This document shows, piece after piece, positions 42,101 through 51,214 of a stretch of 64,000 nt of DNA. Both the position numbers and the translations under genes were made by a program. A model generated the notes under the pieces. It did no database searches. It worked only from the letters and a program-made list of their open reading frames with translations, and was not told where the DNA came from. Within the stretch, counting starts at the first letter, position 1, and every line of letters begins with the position of its first letter. The stretch is from contig CAWFSF010000005.1 of the NCBI GenBank assembly GCA_963818475.1, positions 608,001 through 672,000 on the forward strand. The letters are read 5' to 3'. This stretch comes from Nitrospirota bacterium. Lineage in GTDB: Bacteria; Nitrospirota; UBA9217.

Positions 42101-44611
42101 TCTTGCGGCCCGCGTCGTGACTTGGAAATCCGCGGATTTCCCACTAATAGTCAGCTTCGTTGTGGTCATCGTGCTGAAGTTCGGTGACGATAATTGCTTT
42201 ACACGCACCACATCTCCGGCCGTCACTGTGGAAGGCGTTGTTGTTGAATAGGGGCTGAATGAAAGACCACCGTCCGTTGAGACCGAATACCAGCCGCCTG
42301 TAATCGATATAGGGACAGACGTATTGATCCCGCTGACGGTTATCGATAGCGAAGTGACCTCGGCATTTCGCTCCGCATTGGTCACGCTATAAAGGTAAAA
42401 TACATCCGGCGTTACATCGGCATTAATTAAAATCATAACGCCATCATCACTAGTAACGGCCAGGTCGATCCTTCCATCTTTGTCAAAATCGCCGGCGGTC
42501 AATCTCCTGATGTAATTACTTCCCCAGACCATATCCTGCCCGCGGGTAAAAGTGCCGTCTCCATTTCCCTGCAATATTGAAAGCTCATGGGCGGAGCTGG
42601 ACGTCACTGCCAGATCCAGTTTGCCGTCTCTATTAAAATCACCGGTGACGATGGACTCCAGTGAACTGTTCGCGGCGATATAGTCGGTATGCGGGCCGAG
42701 CGTTCCGTCACCATTGCCCATAAGAATGGAAACATCTGCAGCATACGAACTTGCTGCTGCCAGGTCCAGTTTGCCGTCGCCGTTAAAATCACCAACCGTG
42801 ATCGCTGTTGGCGCATTTGCCGTCACATATGGGGCCGTCGCTTGGAACGTTCCATCTCCATTCCCGATGAGAACTGAAACAGCATTTGAACCACGATTCG
42901 CCACTAACAGGTCTATTTTACCGTCCCGATCGAAGTCTCTGGCGATAACGTCAAAAGGACCTGCGCCTGCTCCATAGCTTACGGCCGCAAGGAAACTGCC
43001 ATCTTCCTTTCCAAGCAAGATTGAAACATCATTGCTTCCACTATTCGCCACCGCCAAGTCGGCTATGCCGTCCCCGTTGACATCCGTTGATAGAAGCGCT
43101 CTGCAATATGACCCTGCTGCATAGTATACAGATGGCTGGAAAGTACCGTCACCAACGCCGAAACGAACGGATATGTTATTGTTGCTGCCATGTGCAACGG
43201 CCAGGTCGATCTTCCCATCTCTATTGAAATCGCCAGTGGCAACACCACTTCGATACGCCGCAGATGCCGTGATGGAAGCTGAGAAAGTTCCATCGCCGGT
43301 TCCCGATAAAAGGGAAATGTTGTGAACATTGTCGTTATAGTCTGCCACAACAAGATCCAGGCTGCCATCTTTGTTAAAGTCTGCCGCGGTAATAGCTTCA
43401 CTGTAGATATAAGGATAAATTTCGGACTGCACAAGAAACGTGCCGGACGGCTCGAGCACAGTCGTGTTCATCGCAACAGCTATCTTATTGCTTGCGGCAT
43501 ATGCCACCACAATGTCCGTCTTCCCGTCACCATTCAGGTCATCTGCAACCGCTGCGACGACCCCGTTGTTTTCTACTTGAAGTCCATTTCCCCATGGAAG
43601 AGTTCCACCCTTGCCATTTCCATAGTAAATCATTGCATTATACAAACTCACATCCCGCGTCACTATATAATCTACATTGCCGTCTCCATTAAAGTCCCCT
43701 GTTGCCAAAAATGTTGGATAATTGCCCACACCATTGTTCAAAATCGTCTGGAAGGTGCCGTTGCCATTCCCCTTTAAATGAGAAACCCATCCGCTTCCAT
43801 AGCTCGCGACCAGGAGATCCAACTTCCCGTCGCTGTCGAAATCGACAATAGCAACAGCCCTCGGCCCGCTCCTCACGCTCGTAGTGGCCGCTGCCTGGAA
43901 CGTGCCGTTACCATTCCCGTTCAGTATAGAGATGGTGGCATCATTCTCATTGGTCACCACCAGGTCAAGGCTGCCATCGCCGTTAATATCGCCAATCGCG
44001 ATCGATGATGGAGCGTTGCCTGAAGCGTAAGTGATCGCGGTTTGGAACGTAGCATCCCCATTCCCCAGAAGGATCGAGACATTGCCGCTCCCCCCATTAG
44101 CGACAGCCAGGTCAGGCTTACCATCACGGTTAAAATCACCGACGGCAATAGCAGCAGGTGCGTCGCCTGCAGCATAGTTTGCAGCGGCCCGGAACGTTCC
44201 GTCCCCATTCCCCAGTAATACAGAAATAGATGCGCCCGCAGCCGCGAGATCGGTCTTTCCATCGCCGTTAAAATCTGCTGCAAGGATCCCAACCGGACTT
44301 GCAGCGACGGCATAATTTACTGCAGGATTGTACGAGCCGGTCCCTGTTGATAGGAGTATTGATATGTTGTCGCTATACCGATTCGCCGTGGCAATATCGC
44401 GTTTTCCGTCACGATTAAAGTCGGCGATTACTATTGCGTTAGGACCAGATCCCGTTCCAAGATGGTTCGGTGAAGCGAAGACCGCCAGTCCTTCAGCTGA
44501 AGCTGACGACGTGATACTTAGAAGTGCAAAAATCAAGACGAAAGCGATGGAAAGCTTTTTCTTCTTAATAACGGAACTGGGAAGAAGATGGGACATAAGC
44601 ATTTTTATCAT
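39143..44611 (-). CDS. Large secreted adhesin-like protein: FG-GAP/VCBS repeats, Ig-like repeats, NHL repeats, four 99-aa C-terminal repeats
   Basis: GDFNxDGKxDL repeats; GNIYIADT.N.RIRK repeats; 297-bp DNA periodicity at 39309/39606/39903/40200. Confidence 0.88.
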   Translation of the reverse strand: MIKMLMSHLLPSSVIKKKKLSIAFVLIFALLSITSSASAEGLAVFASPNHLGTGSGPNAIVIADFNRDGKRDIATANRYSDNISILLSTGTGSYNPAVNYAVAASPVGILAADFNGDGKTDLAAAGASISVLLGNGDGTFRAAANYAAGDAPAAIAVGDFNRDGKPDLAVANGGSGNVSILLGNGDATFQTAITYASGNAPSSIAIGDINGDGSLDLVVTNENDATISILNGNGNGTFQAAATTSVRSGPRAVAIVDFDSDGKLDLLVASYGSGWVSHLKGNGNGTFQTILNNGVGNYPTFLATGDFNGDGNVDYIVTRDVSLYNAMIYYGNGKGGTLPWGNGLQVENNGVVAAVADDLNGDGKTDIVVAYAASNKIAVAMNTTVLEPSGTFLVQSEIYPYIYSEAITAADFNKDGSLDLVVADYNDNVHNISLLSGTGDGTFSASITASAAYRSGVATGDFNRDGKIDLAVAHGSNNNISVRFGVGDGTFQPSVYYAAGSYCRALLSTDVNGDGIADLAVANSGSNDVSILLGKEDGSFLAAVSYGAGAGPFDVIARDFDRDGKIDLLVANRGSNAVSVLIGNGDGTFQATAPYVTANAPTAITVGDFNGDGKLDLAAASSYAADVSILMGNGDGTLGPHTDYIAANSSLESIVTGDFNRDGKLDLAVTSSSAHELSILQGNGDGTFTRGQDMVWGSNYIRRLTAGDFDKDGRIDLAVTSDDGVMILINADVTPDVFYLYSVTNAERNAEVTSLSITVSGINTSVPISITGGWYSVSTDGGLSFSPYSTTTPSTVTAGDVVRVKQLSSPNFSTMTTTKLTISGKSADFQVTTRAARTTPYPFSFVDQVGVTTSTLVTSNSIIVVGIEAPATIYISGGEYEINGNGMWSSASGTVANNDTVRVRQVSSPLDGTRTDTAVTIGGVSDTFSITTFVPDDQFVFIDQTNVMLSTLITSNSIIVTGISMPTSVAITNGEYEVNGSGVWSSASGTVVYNDVLRVRQVSSPVGGTRTDTTLTIGGVSDTFSVTTLVPDTIPDPFAFAGQTNVTVDTLITSNSITVSGLEAAAPVTITDGEYAGVAVDSHGNIYIADTNNNRVRKVDATTGVITTVAGTGSSGYYGNNLPATSAWLSAPRGIALDSAGNIYIADTNNYRIRKVNVTTGVITAVAGSGAYGYFGDNGSATSTGLASPRGLAVDGSGNIYIADTNDNRIRKVDATTGVITTVAGNGASGYSGDNVAATSAAIYMPFGVSVTISGDIYIADTYNHRIRKVDAITGLITTIAGSGTFGFAGDYGPATAANINNPSGVAFDSTGNVYIADMSNSRIRKIVAYDTMPDSFSFIAQTSIAVNTQVMSNTITVTGINSAVAISIAGGEYEVNGSGIWTSATGTVNNGYSVRVRQTSSQNYSTTTTASLTIGSVSAVFNVTTLVPVSSVTLTASPASPRLVNTPVTFTATATGGETSKEYQFAVKDPVSGVMTVLQQYGPSNTFPYTPTAAGTYTIRVYVRNVGSPVSYEAARWFTDSAVTSSPVTTVTLAASPAGPRLVNTPATFTATATGGGESKEYQFAVKDPVSGVMTVIQPYGPSNTFPYTPTAAGMYTIRVYARNVGSPASYEAVQWFTDNVVTSSPVTSVTLAASPAGPRLVNTPVTFTATATGGGTSKEYQFAVKDPASGVMTVLQPYGPSNTFPYTPTDAGTYSIRVYVRNEGSAAVYEAVQWLTDNVLASAPVTRATLSASPLSPRLVNTPVTFTATATDGGESKEYQFAVKDPVSGVMTVIQPYGPSNTFPYTPTNAGTYSIRVYVRNVGSEASFEAARWLTDVVTP

Positions 44612-44624
44612 GTTGATCTCCTTA

Positions 44625-44976
44625 AATCTGCGGCAACAGTCGAAGTGGCATTTGTAGCCCCGTCAATGACACTCACGCTAGCGTTGCCTCTATTTCCCAC
44701 GTATATTTTTTTCGTTCAGGATTCACTGCCACAAGCCCTAGGCTCAGCCCCACCGCAACAGTGACGGTGTTCGTCTTACCGTCTATCACGGTCACATTTT
44801 GTCTGTCGAAATTAGTCACGTATGTCCTGTTGATGACTAAGGTTCACCGCTACTTCTATAGGATTCAATCCGACGGGTATGGTAGCAGTCACATATTCGG
44901 CTTGCGCTGCCAGGCTCCCCACGTTCCAGGCGCTCACCTGAATGGTGAAAACCATGTCCAAATCTTTGCTATGCAT
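44625..44976 (-). pseudogene. YVTN beta-propeller remnant
   Basis: Across frames: ATIPVGLNPIEVAVN..RTYVTNFD..VTVIDGKTN..KIYVGNRG..VSVIDGATN. Confidence 0.65.
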
Positions 44977-45355
44977 AATGAATGGAACGCAACCGTAGCT
45001 TAAAAGCGTAGGATAGCCCGGGAGAGAAATGCAGCCGTTAGTGAAAAAATGTAAATTTTTCCAATAGGGCCATGCAATTTTGAATGGTCGCAGTATAGAT
45101 GCAGTATCCTGCAATGTACATTAAAAAATCAGGGTAATTTAAGGGTAATGGGTTTTAGCTTGACAAGACAACTATTTTCAGATGCAACAGCTTTTCACAC
45201 TCGCCAATATGCCAATTTAACAGTGTTCTACGGGAACCCCAGAAATCCATCCGAACGCTGCGCTGAAAGATCAAACTTGCAGCGATTCAACCTTTGGCCC
45301 TGACCCGCTCCCACATATTGTACCGACCGGCCACCTGTGCTATACTGGTTTCACT

Positions 45356-46103
45356 ATGAATAGACCGAACCTCGCCGGACTGCCGACTGTCGTGGCAGAA
45401 AAGATCGCTCCCATGCTGGATGACCTCCTGGGACACCAGGCAGCAGGCATCCACTCGATCCATATCGTCGGCAGCGCCGTGATCTCCGACTACAACGAAA
45501 AGCTTTCGGACATCAACTCCGTGGTCGTGCTGCACCAGATGGACCTTGAGTTCATCGAGTTCCTTGCCCCGCTCGGCAAAAAATACGGCAAGAAAAAGAT
45601 CGCGGCCCCGCTCGTGATGACGCCGGTTTATATCGAGGACTCGCTCGACGCCTTTCCCAGTGGAGTTCCTCGATTTCAAGCTCATCCACAAGACCATCTA
45701 CGGGCCGGACCTGTTCACCGGCCTTCAGATCCTTCCCGCGAATCTGCGGCTTCAATGCGAACGGGAGATCAAGACCAGGCAGATCCATCTGCGCCAGGGC
45801 TATATCTCGTCGCTCGGGAAGAAAGAGCACCTCTCCGCTCTGCTCGTCCGGTCCTTCACCGGGTCCATGGCGCTCTTCCGCGCGATCATCTCACTGCTCG
45901 GCAAAGAGCCGCCCATCCCCCGTCAGCAGGTCATCCGTCTCTTTAAGGAAACAACCGGCGTGGACACTGCCGTATTCGAAAAGATCCTCCTGCTCAAGTC
46001 CGGGAACGTCAAGCTTTCGGAACAGGACCTGCGCTCCTTGTTCGAACAGTACTACAACGCGCTCGAAGCCTTTGGAAAGACCATCAATGCTCTCCCGCAC
46101 TAA
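45356..46103 (+). CDS. Nucleotidyltransferase-fold protein of the LemA/TPM cluster (frameshift near 45659)
   Basis: GSAV..DY....SDIN.VVVL, then FP/EFLD...YGPD, LRLQCERE in the second frame. Confidence 0.7.
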
Positions 46104-46872
46104 CAAGCTCATCATCCTGCTGCCACTCTTCCTGGCGCTCATTGCCCCGCTCGCTACGGCATCGACACCCAAGCCTCCGGCCATGCCGCGCGACTACGTG
46201 GTCGACCTGGCCGGGGTCATGGACGGAAACTCCAGCGTACGGTTGAACGCATTGCTTCGGGAACTGGAACAGAAGACCACGGCGCAGGTGCTGGTGCTGA
46301 CGGTCCAGAGCCTTGACGGAGAGAGCATCGAGGAATTCGCCCTCACGACCAAGGAAACCTGGAAGCTCGGCCAGAAGGGCAAGGACAACGGCGTGCTGAT
46401 CGTGGTTGCGGTGCAGGACCGGAAGTACCGCATCGAGGTCGGCTATGGCCTGGAAAGCATCCTTCCCGACAGCATGGTCGGCACCATCGGCAGGGAGTAC
46501 CTGGTCCCCTATTTCAGAAAGGGCGACTACGGAGGCGGGGTCTCGGCTGCCGCCCTCGCCATCATCCAGACCATCGCGGCCAGCGAAGGCGTCCAGATCA
46601 CGAACATGCCCGAAGTCAGGCAGCCGCGGGGCAGCGTACAAACCAGGCCGCTCGGCAAATTTCAAACGGTCATGATGGTCATTTTATTTATTGTGGCCGT
46701 CATTCTGTTCATAACCCATCCCGGCCAGTGTTTCCTTCTTATACTGGCCTCGTCCATGGGCGGCCGCGGAGGCGGCTGGTCAGGAGGCGGTGGCGGCTTT
46801 GGCGGTGGCGGAAGCTTCGGCGGAGGAGGCGGCGGTTCCGGAGGAGGCGGCGGAGCGTCCGGAGGGTGGTAG
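46087..46872 (+). CDS. TPM-domain (YgcG-like) protein
   Basis: VVDLAGVM, WKLGQKGKDNGVL, RIEVGYGLE, Gly-rich tail ending GGW. Confidence 0.9.
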   Translation: MLSRTNKLIILLPLFLALIAPLATASTPKPPAMPRDYVVDLAGVMDGNSSVRLNALLRELEQKTTAQVLVLTVQSLDGESIEEFALTTKETWKLGQKGKDNGVLIVVAVQDRKYRIEVGYGLESILPDSMVGTIGREYLVPYFRKGDYGGGVSAAALAIIQTIAASEGVQITNMPEVRQPRGSVQTRPLGKFQTVMMVILFIVAVILFITHPGQCFLLILASSMGGRGGGWSGGGGGFGGGGSFGGGGGGSGGGGGASGGW

Positions 46873-46892
46873 AATAATACCAGGAACGACCA

Positions 46893-47013
46893 TTGGCGCA
46901 GATCGACGCAGATGTTCGCAGATAAAACGAGACATTCAGTTTGAAAAGGTCCTTCACTAAAGAGTTTTTTAATCTGTGTTAATCCGCGTTCATCCGACGT
47001 TATCTGCGTCCAA
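46893..47013. repeat. Palindromic array of 10-bp-period CGCAGAT repeats
   Basis: ttggcgcagatcgacgcagatgttcgcagat ... atctgtgttaatccgcgttcatccgacgttatctgcgtccaa. Confidence 0.7.
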
Positions 47014-47050
47014 GTGCTTTTTTAGATTTTAATAAAAAATGGAGGATACC

Positions 47051-47629
47051 ATGAGCAACGGAGTAAAAACAGTACTGATCATTCTCGGCATCATCGCGGT
47101 GGTCGCCATCGGCATGGTCCTGTACGGAGTGGGCCAGTACAACCACGTCGTGACCATGGACGAGCAGGTGAAGTCCCAATGGGCGCAGGTGGAGAACCAG
47201 TTAAAACGGCGCTACGACCTGATCCCGAACCTGGTCAATACAGTCGCTGGCTATGCCAAGCACGAAAAGGAGCTCTTCGAGAATCTTGCCAACGCGCGGA
47301 CAAAGTATTTCCAGGCGCCGACGCCGCAGGGAAAGATCGCTGCCTCGCAGCAGCTCGAAGGCCTGCTGTCGCGCCTTCTCGTCCTGCAGGAAACCTATCC
47401 CCAGCTGAAGGCGAACGAGGGATTCCTGAAACTGCAGGACAGCCTGGAAGGCACCGAGAACCGGATCGCTGTGGAGCGGAAGCGCTATAACGACGACGTA
47501 CGGACGCTGAACACCTACCGCAGGTCGGTCTTCGGAAGGTTCTTCGCGTCCCTGGCCGGCGTCGGTGAGGCAGCCTACTTCGAGATCCCGGAAGCTGAGA
47601 AAGAAGCGCCCAAGGTAATGTTCCCGTAA
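47051..47629 (+). CDS. lemA: LemA family protein
   Basis: RRYDLIPNLV, YPQLKAN, LEGTENRIAVER.RYN. Confidence 0.92.
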   Translation: MSNGVKTVLIILGIIAVVAIGMVLYGVGQYNHVVTMDEQVKSQWAQVENQLKRRYDLIPNLVNTVAGYAKHEKELFENLANARTKYFQAPTPQGKIAASQQLEGLLSRLLVLQETYPQLKANEGFLKLQDSLEGTENRIAVERKRYNDDVRTLNTYRRSVFGRFFASLAGVGEAAYFEIPEAEKEAPKVMFP

Positions 47630-47666
47630 CCTTCGACATCATGCTTGCTTTGCGTTTCCTTGACGG

Positions 47667-47711
47667 CCGGGACGGAGTCGAAATGACCCCTCCCGGTCTT
47701 TTGTTTTTTTT
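47667..47711 (+). terminator. Intrinsic terminator after lemA
   Basis: CCGGGA...GTC GAAAT GAC...TCCCGG followed by a T-run. Confidence 0.55.
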
Positions 47712-47807
47712 CCGCCGTCGTCAAATGTGTCCGCGCTGCTTCACCCGGCGGCATCGTCATAATGAACTCGCGCAACGCATTCCTTGGACACGGCCTGTAA
47801 AAAGGGC

Positions 47808-47852
47808 TTGCTTTTATTGCCTACCTGGGCTAATGTAAGTGCCTGCTTACAT
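47808..47852 (+). promoter_or_regulatory. Promoter plus palindromic TetR operator overlapping the start codon
   Basis: TTGCTT-17-TAATGT; palindrome ATGTAAG-N6-CTTACAT at 47833-47852. Confidence 0.65.
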
Positions 47853-48450
47853 GAAAAAAACCGATACAAAAAAACGATTGCTCGAGGCCACGCTCAAACT
47901 GATCTCCGACAAGGGCTATATGGGCGCCACCACGCGCGAGATCGCCCGGGAAGCGGGCGTGACCGAACTCACCCTGTTCCGGCATTTCGGCTCAAAGGAA
48001 AAACTTTTTAAAGAGCTGCTCGGCAGCTATACCTTTCTTCCCAAGCTGAAGGAACTGCTGCCCGAGCTGGAGGGCCTTTCGAGCAGGGAAGCACTGGAGC
48101 TCATTGCCACGCGTTTTCTGCTGACCCTGAAAGAGCGGAAGTCCATGGTCAAAATCATGTATTCCGAGTACACGTCCTACCCTGAGAATATCAGGGAGGT
48201 GTATAATAAATTTGTGCAGGAGATGCGGACCACGGTGGCGTCCTTTTTTGAAGGCCTGCAAAAACGTGGCGTGCTTCGAAAGAACATATCGCCCGCCATG
48301 ACGGCCCGAATGTTCCTCTGGATACTTTTATCCTATTTCAGGTCCGAGGAGATCATGCAGTCTTCCGGCATGAAAAAGGCCTCCATGGAAAAACACATCC
48401 GCGAGATGATCGACATCTTCATGTCCGGGACCATGATTGACAACACGTAA
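47851..48450 (+). CDS. TetR/AcrR family regulator
   Basis: TTREIAREAGVTELTLFRHFGSKEKL. Confidence 0.92.
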   Translation: MKKTDTKKRLLEATLKLISDKGYMGATTREIAREAGVTELTLFRHFGSKEKLFKELLGSYTFLPKLKELLPELEGLSSREALELIATRFLLTLKERKSMVKIMYSEYTSYPENIREVYNKFVQEMRTTVASFFEGLQKRGVLRKNISPAMTARMFLWILLSYFRSEEIMQSSGMKKASMEKHIREMIDIFMSGTMIDNT

Positions 48451-48475
48451 CGAAAGCACGAAACAGGAGGGCATT

Positions 48476-49867
48476 ATGCGAAAACTGCACATCTTCAGTC
48501 CCCTGATCACCCCCGTTACCGCCCTATCCGCATTGCTGTTGTTCATAGCGCCCGCCTTTTCAGAGGAACCGGTTCCGCCGGTGAGCCAGGAGGAAAAGCC
48601 GTCGCGCGCTCAGCAGCCTGAAATAACGACGGCCGCAGACACCGGGCAGATCCTGCAGGGAGAGATGATCACCCTCGCGCGGAGCATCGGGATCGCGCTT
48701 AAAAAGAATCCAGCTATTGTTGCGGCCTTCAACGTCGTCGAGGCCGGCAAGGGCCGGGTCGGCGTGGCGCGGTCGGGCTATTACCCGCAAATCTCCGCGC
48801 AGGGCGGGTACACCAGGATCAGCCCCATGCAATCGACACCAACCGGGACCTTCCTGCGACTGAACAACTATGACCAATACAGCGGCAGCGTGTCAGCCAG
48901 CCAGAACCTGATCGACTTCGGCAAGACCTCGTCCCAGGTCAACATCTCGAAATACAACCTCGAAGCGTCACGTTCGGACCTCAACACTACATCGGACCAG
49001 GTCATTTTCAACGTCAAGCAGTCCTACTACAACGTGTTGCAGGCGCGGCGCAGCCGTGACGTGTCTGCTGACATCGTTAAGCAGTTCCAGCAGCACCTCG
49101 ATCAGGCAAAGGGATTCTATGATGTCGGCACCAGGGCAAAGATCGACGTGACCAAAGCCGAGGTCGACCTGAGCAACGCCCGGTTGAACCTGATCAGGGC
49201 CGAGAACGCCCTCAAGATCTCCTGGGTCGTCCTGAACAATGCCATGGGCATGCCTCAAGCTCCGGAGTACACACTCGAGGACGACCTGGCGATCCATAAG
49301 TTCGAGATCTCTTCTGAAGAAGCGCTGAAGCGCGCCTACGAAAACCGTCCCGATCTCAGATCGCTCATTGCGAAACGCGAGGCGGCAGAGGAGGCCATCG
49401 GCCTTGCGCGCACCGGCTACTATCCGGCCCTGACGGGAAGCGCGAGCTACGGCATGTCCGGCGAGGATTTTCCGCTTGACCATGGCTGGAGCGCCGGCGT
49501 GGTCCTGACCATCCCCCTGTTCAATGGTTTTTTGACCTCCCACCAGGTCGCGGAAGCAAAAGCAAACCTGTACGCGCTGAAAGCAAATGAAGAAACGCTG
49601 CGGCAGCAGGTGCTGCTCGACATTCAACAGGCCTACCTGAACCTGCAGCAGGCGAACGACAGCATCGCCACCGCGGAGCTCGCCGTACAACAGGCCCGGG
49701 AGAACCTGGACCTCGCGAACGGCCGCTATGCTGCGGGCGTCGGCAGTCCCATTGAGGTCACTGATGCTTTTGCAGCCTATACCAATGCCCAGGCATCATA
49801 TACGAACGCGCTCTACAGCTACAAGATCGCACAGGCAAGCATCGAGCAGGCCATGGGCGCGCGATAA
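48476..49867 (+). CDS. TolC-family outer membrane efflux protein
   Basis: Signal peptide; repeated YYP..S motifs; RYAAGVGS.IEV. Confidence 0.9.
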   Translation: MRKLHIFSPLITPVTALSALLLFIAPAFSEEPVPPVSQEEKPSRAQQPEITTAADTGQILQGEMITLARSIGIALKKNPAIVAAFNVVEAGKGRVGVARSGYYPQISAQGGYTRISPMQSTPTGTFLRLNNYDQYSGSVSASQNLIDFGKTSSQVNISKYNLEASRSDLNTTSDQVIFNVKQSYYNVLQARRSRDVSADIVKQFQQHLDQAKGFYDVGTRAKIDVTKAEVDLSNARLNLIRAENALKISWVVLNNAMGMPQAPEYTLEDDLAIHKFEISSEEALKRAYENRPDLRSLIAKREAAEEAIGLARTGYYPALTGSASYGMSGEDFPLDHGWSAGVVLTIPLFNGFLTSHQVAEAKANLYALKANEETLRQQVLLDIQQAYLNLQQANDSIATAELAVQQARENLDLANGRYAAGVGSPIEVTDAFAAYTNAQASYTNALYSYKIAQASIEQAMGAR

Positions 49868-49886
49868 ACATCCGGAGAGGAGCAGC

Positions 49887-51108
49887 ATGAAGAAAGGCAG
49901 CAACCCCAGATGGTCCGCTACTACACAGATATTCCTGATGACGCTCCTTGCCGTGGCCGCGTCACCTGCCTGCTCCAAGGCAAAACAGCCTCCGCCGAAG
50001 GTCGTACCCGTGGTCGCCGAACAAGCTGACCGGAAAAACATCCCCTTGCAGGTCAAGGCGATCGGGAACGTCGAAGCGTTCAATGCCGTATCGATCAAGA
50101 CCCTGGTCGGCGGGGCCGTGGAGGGAGTGTACTTTCGGGAAGGACAGGATGTTGCCAAAGGCTCGCTGCTGTTCAAGATAGATCCCGCCCCTTACGAGGC
50201 CGCGCTCAGGCAGGCTGAGGCGAACCTCGCGCGCGACCTGGCACAGTCAAAAAATGCCGAGGAGCAGGCCAGAGCGGTACGCCATCCTGGTGGAGAAGGA
50301 TTACGTTGCCAAGGACCAGTACGACCAGATCCGGGCCAATGCCGACGCTCTGGCAGCCGTGGTCGACGCGGACCGGGCCGCTGTCGAGAACAGCAGGCTC
50401 CAGCTGTCCTACTGCACCATCAAGGCGCCCATCAACGGCCGCGCCGGCAGCGTGCTTGTCAATGCGGGCAACATCATCAAGGCGAACGATCTCGCGCTCA
50501 CGACCATCAACCAGATCGTGCCGATCTATGTCGCCTTTTCACTGCCGGAACAGAACCTCGCGGACGTCAAAAAATATTCTGCACGAGGCGAGCTCCAGGT
50601 CGAGGCGAGCATCCCCGGCGATGAAACGCGGCCCGTCCGGGGAGAGCTCACCTTTATCGACAACGCCGTGGACAGGACGACCGGGACCATCAAGCTCAAA
50701 GGGACCTTCAAGAACCTCGACAAGCGGCTCTGGCCGGGACAGTTCGTGGACGTTATCCTGACGCTGACCACGGAGCGAGACCGGGTCATCGTGCCGTCGC
50801 AGGCCGTACAGACAGGCCAGCAGGGCCAGTACGTCTATGTGGTCAAGGATGACCTGACGGCCGATCTCCGCGTCGTGTCGCCCGGCAGGACCTATCAGAC
50901 CTGGACCATCATCGAAAAAGGCGTAGACGCGGGAGAAAAGGTCGTGACCGACGGGCAGCTCCGGCTGGTGCCGGGGGCGAAGGTGGAGATCAAGAACGAG
51001 AAGCAGGAAAATGGCAAGCAGGAATCCAGGTCGGAAAATTTGAACCACGGAGGCACGGAGACACGGAGTAAGGAAGAACCGAAAACACAGAACTCCAAGC
51101 CGAAGTGA
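49887..51108 (+). CDS. RND periplasmic adaptor (MdtA-like), frameshift near 50273
   Basis: FREGQDV.KG..LF.IDP, then IKAPING, IDNAVD..TGTI, LWPGQF. Confidence 0.85.
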
Positions 51109-51200
51109 TTTTCTGTAAGCGAAAAACAGCACAAGCGTATTTCGGTAAAATTTCATGGCCGCGGTTTATTGTTTCCTCCGTGACTCCGTGCCTCCGTGGT
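51044..51200. repeat. 25-bp inverted repeat built of CACGGAG units
   Basis: 51044-51068 versus reverse complement of 51176-51200: 24/25 identical. Confidence 0.8.
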
Positions 51201-51214
51201 GAAGGATTTAATTG

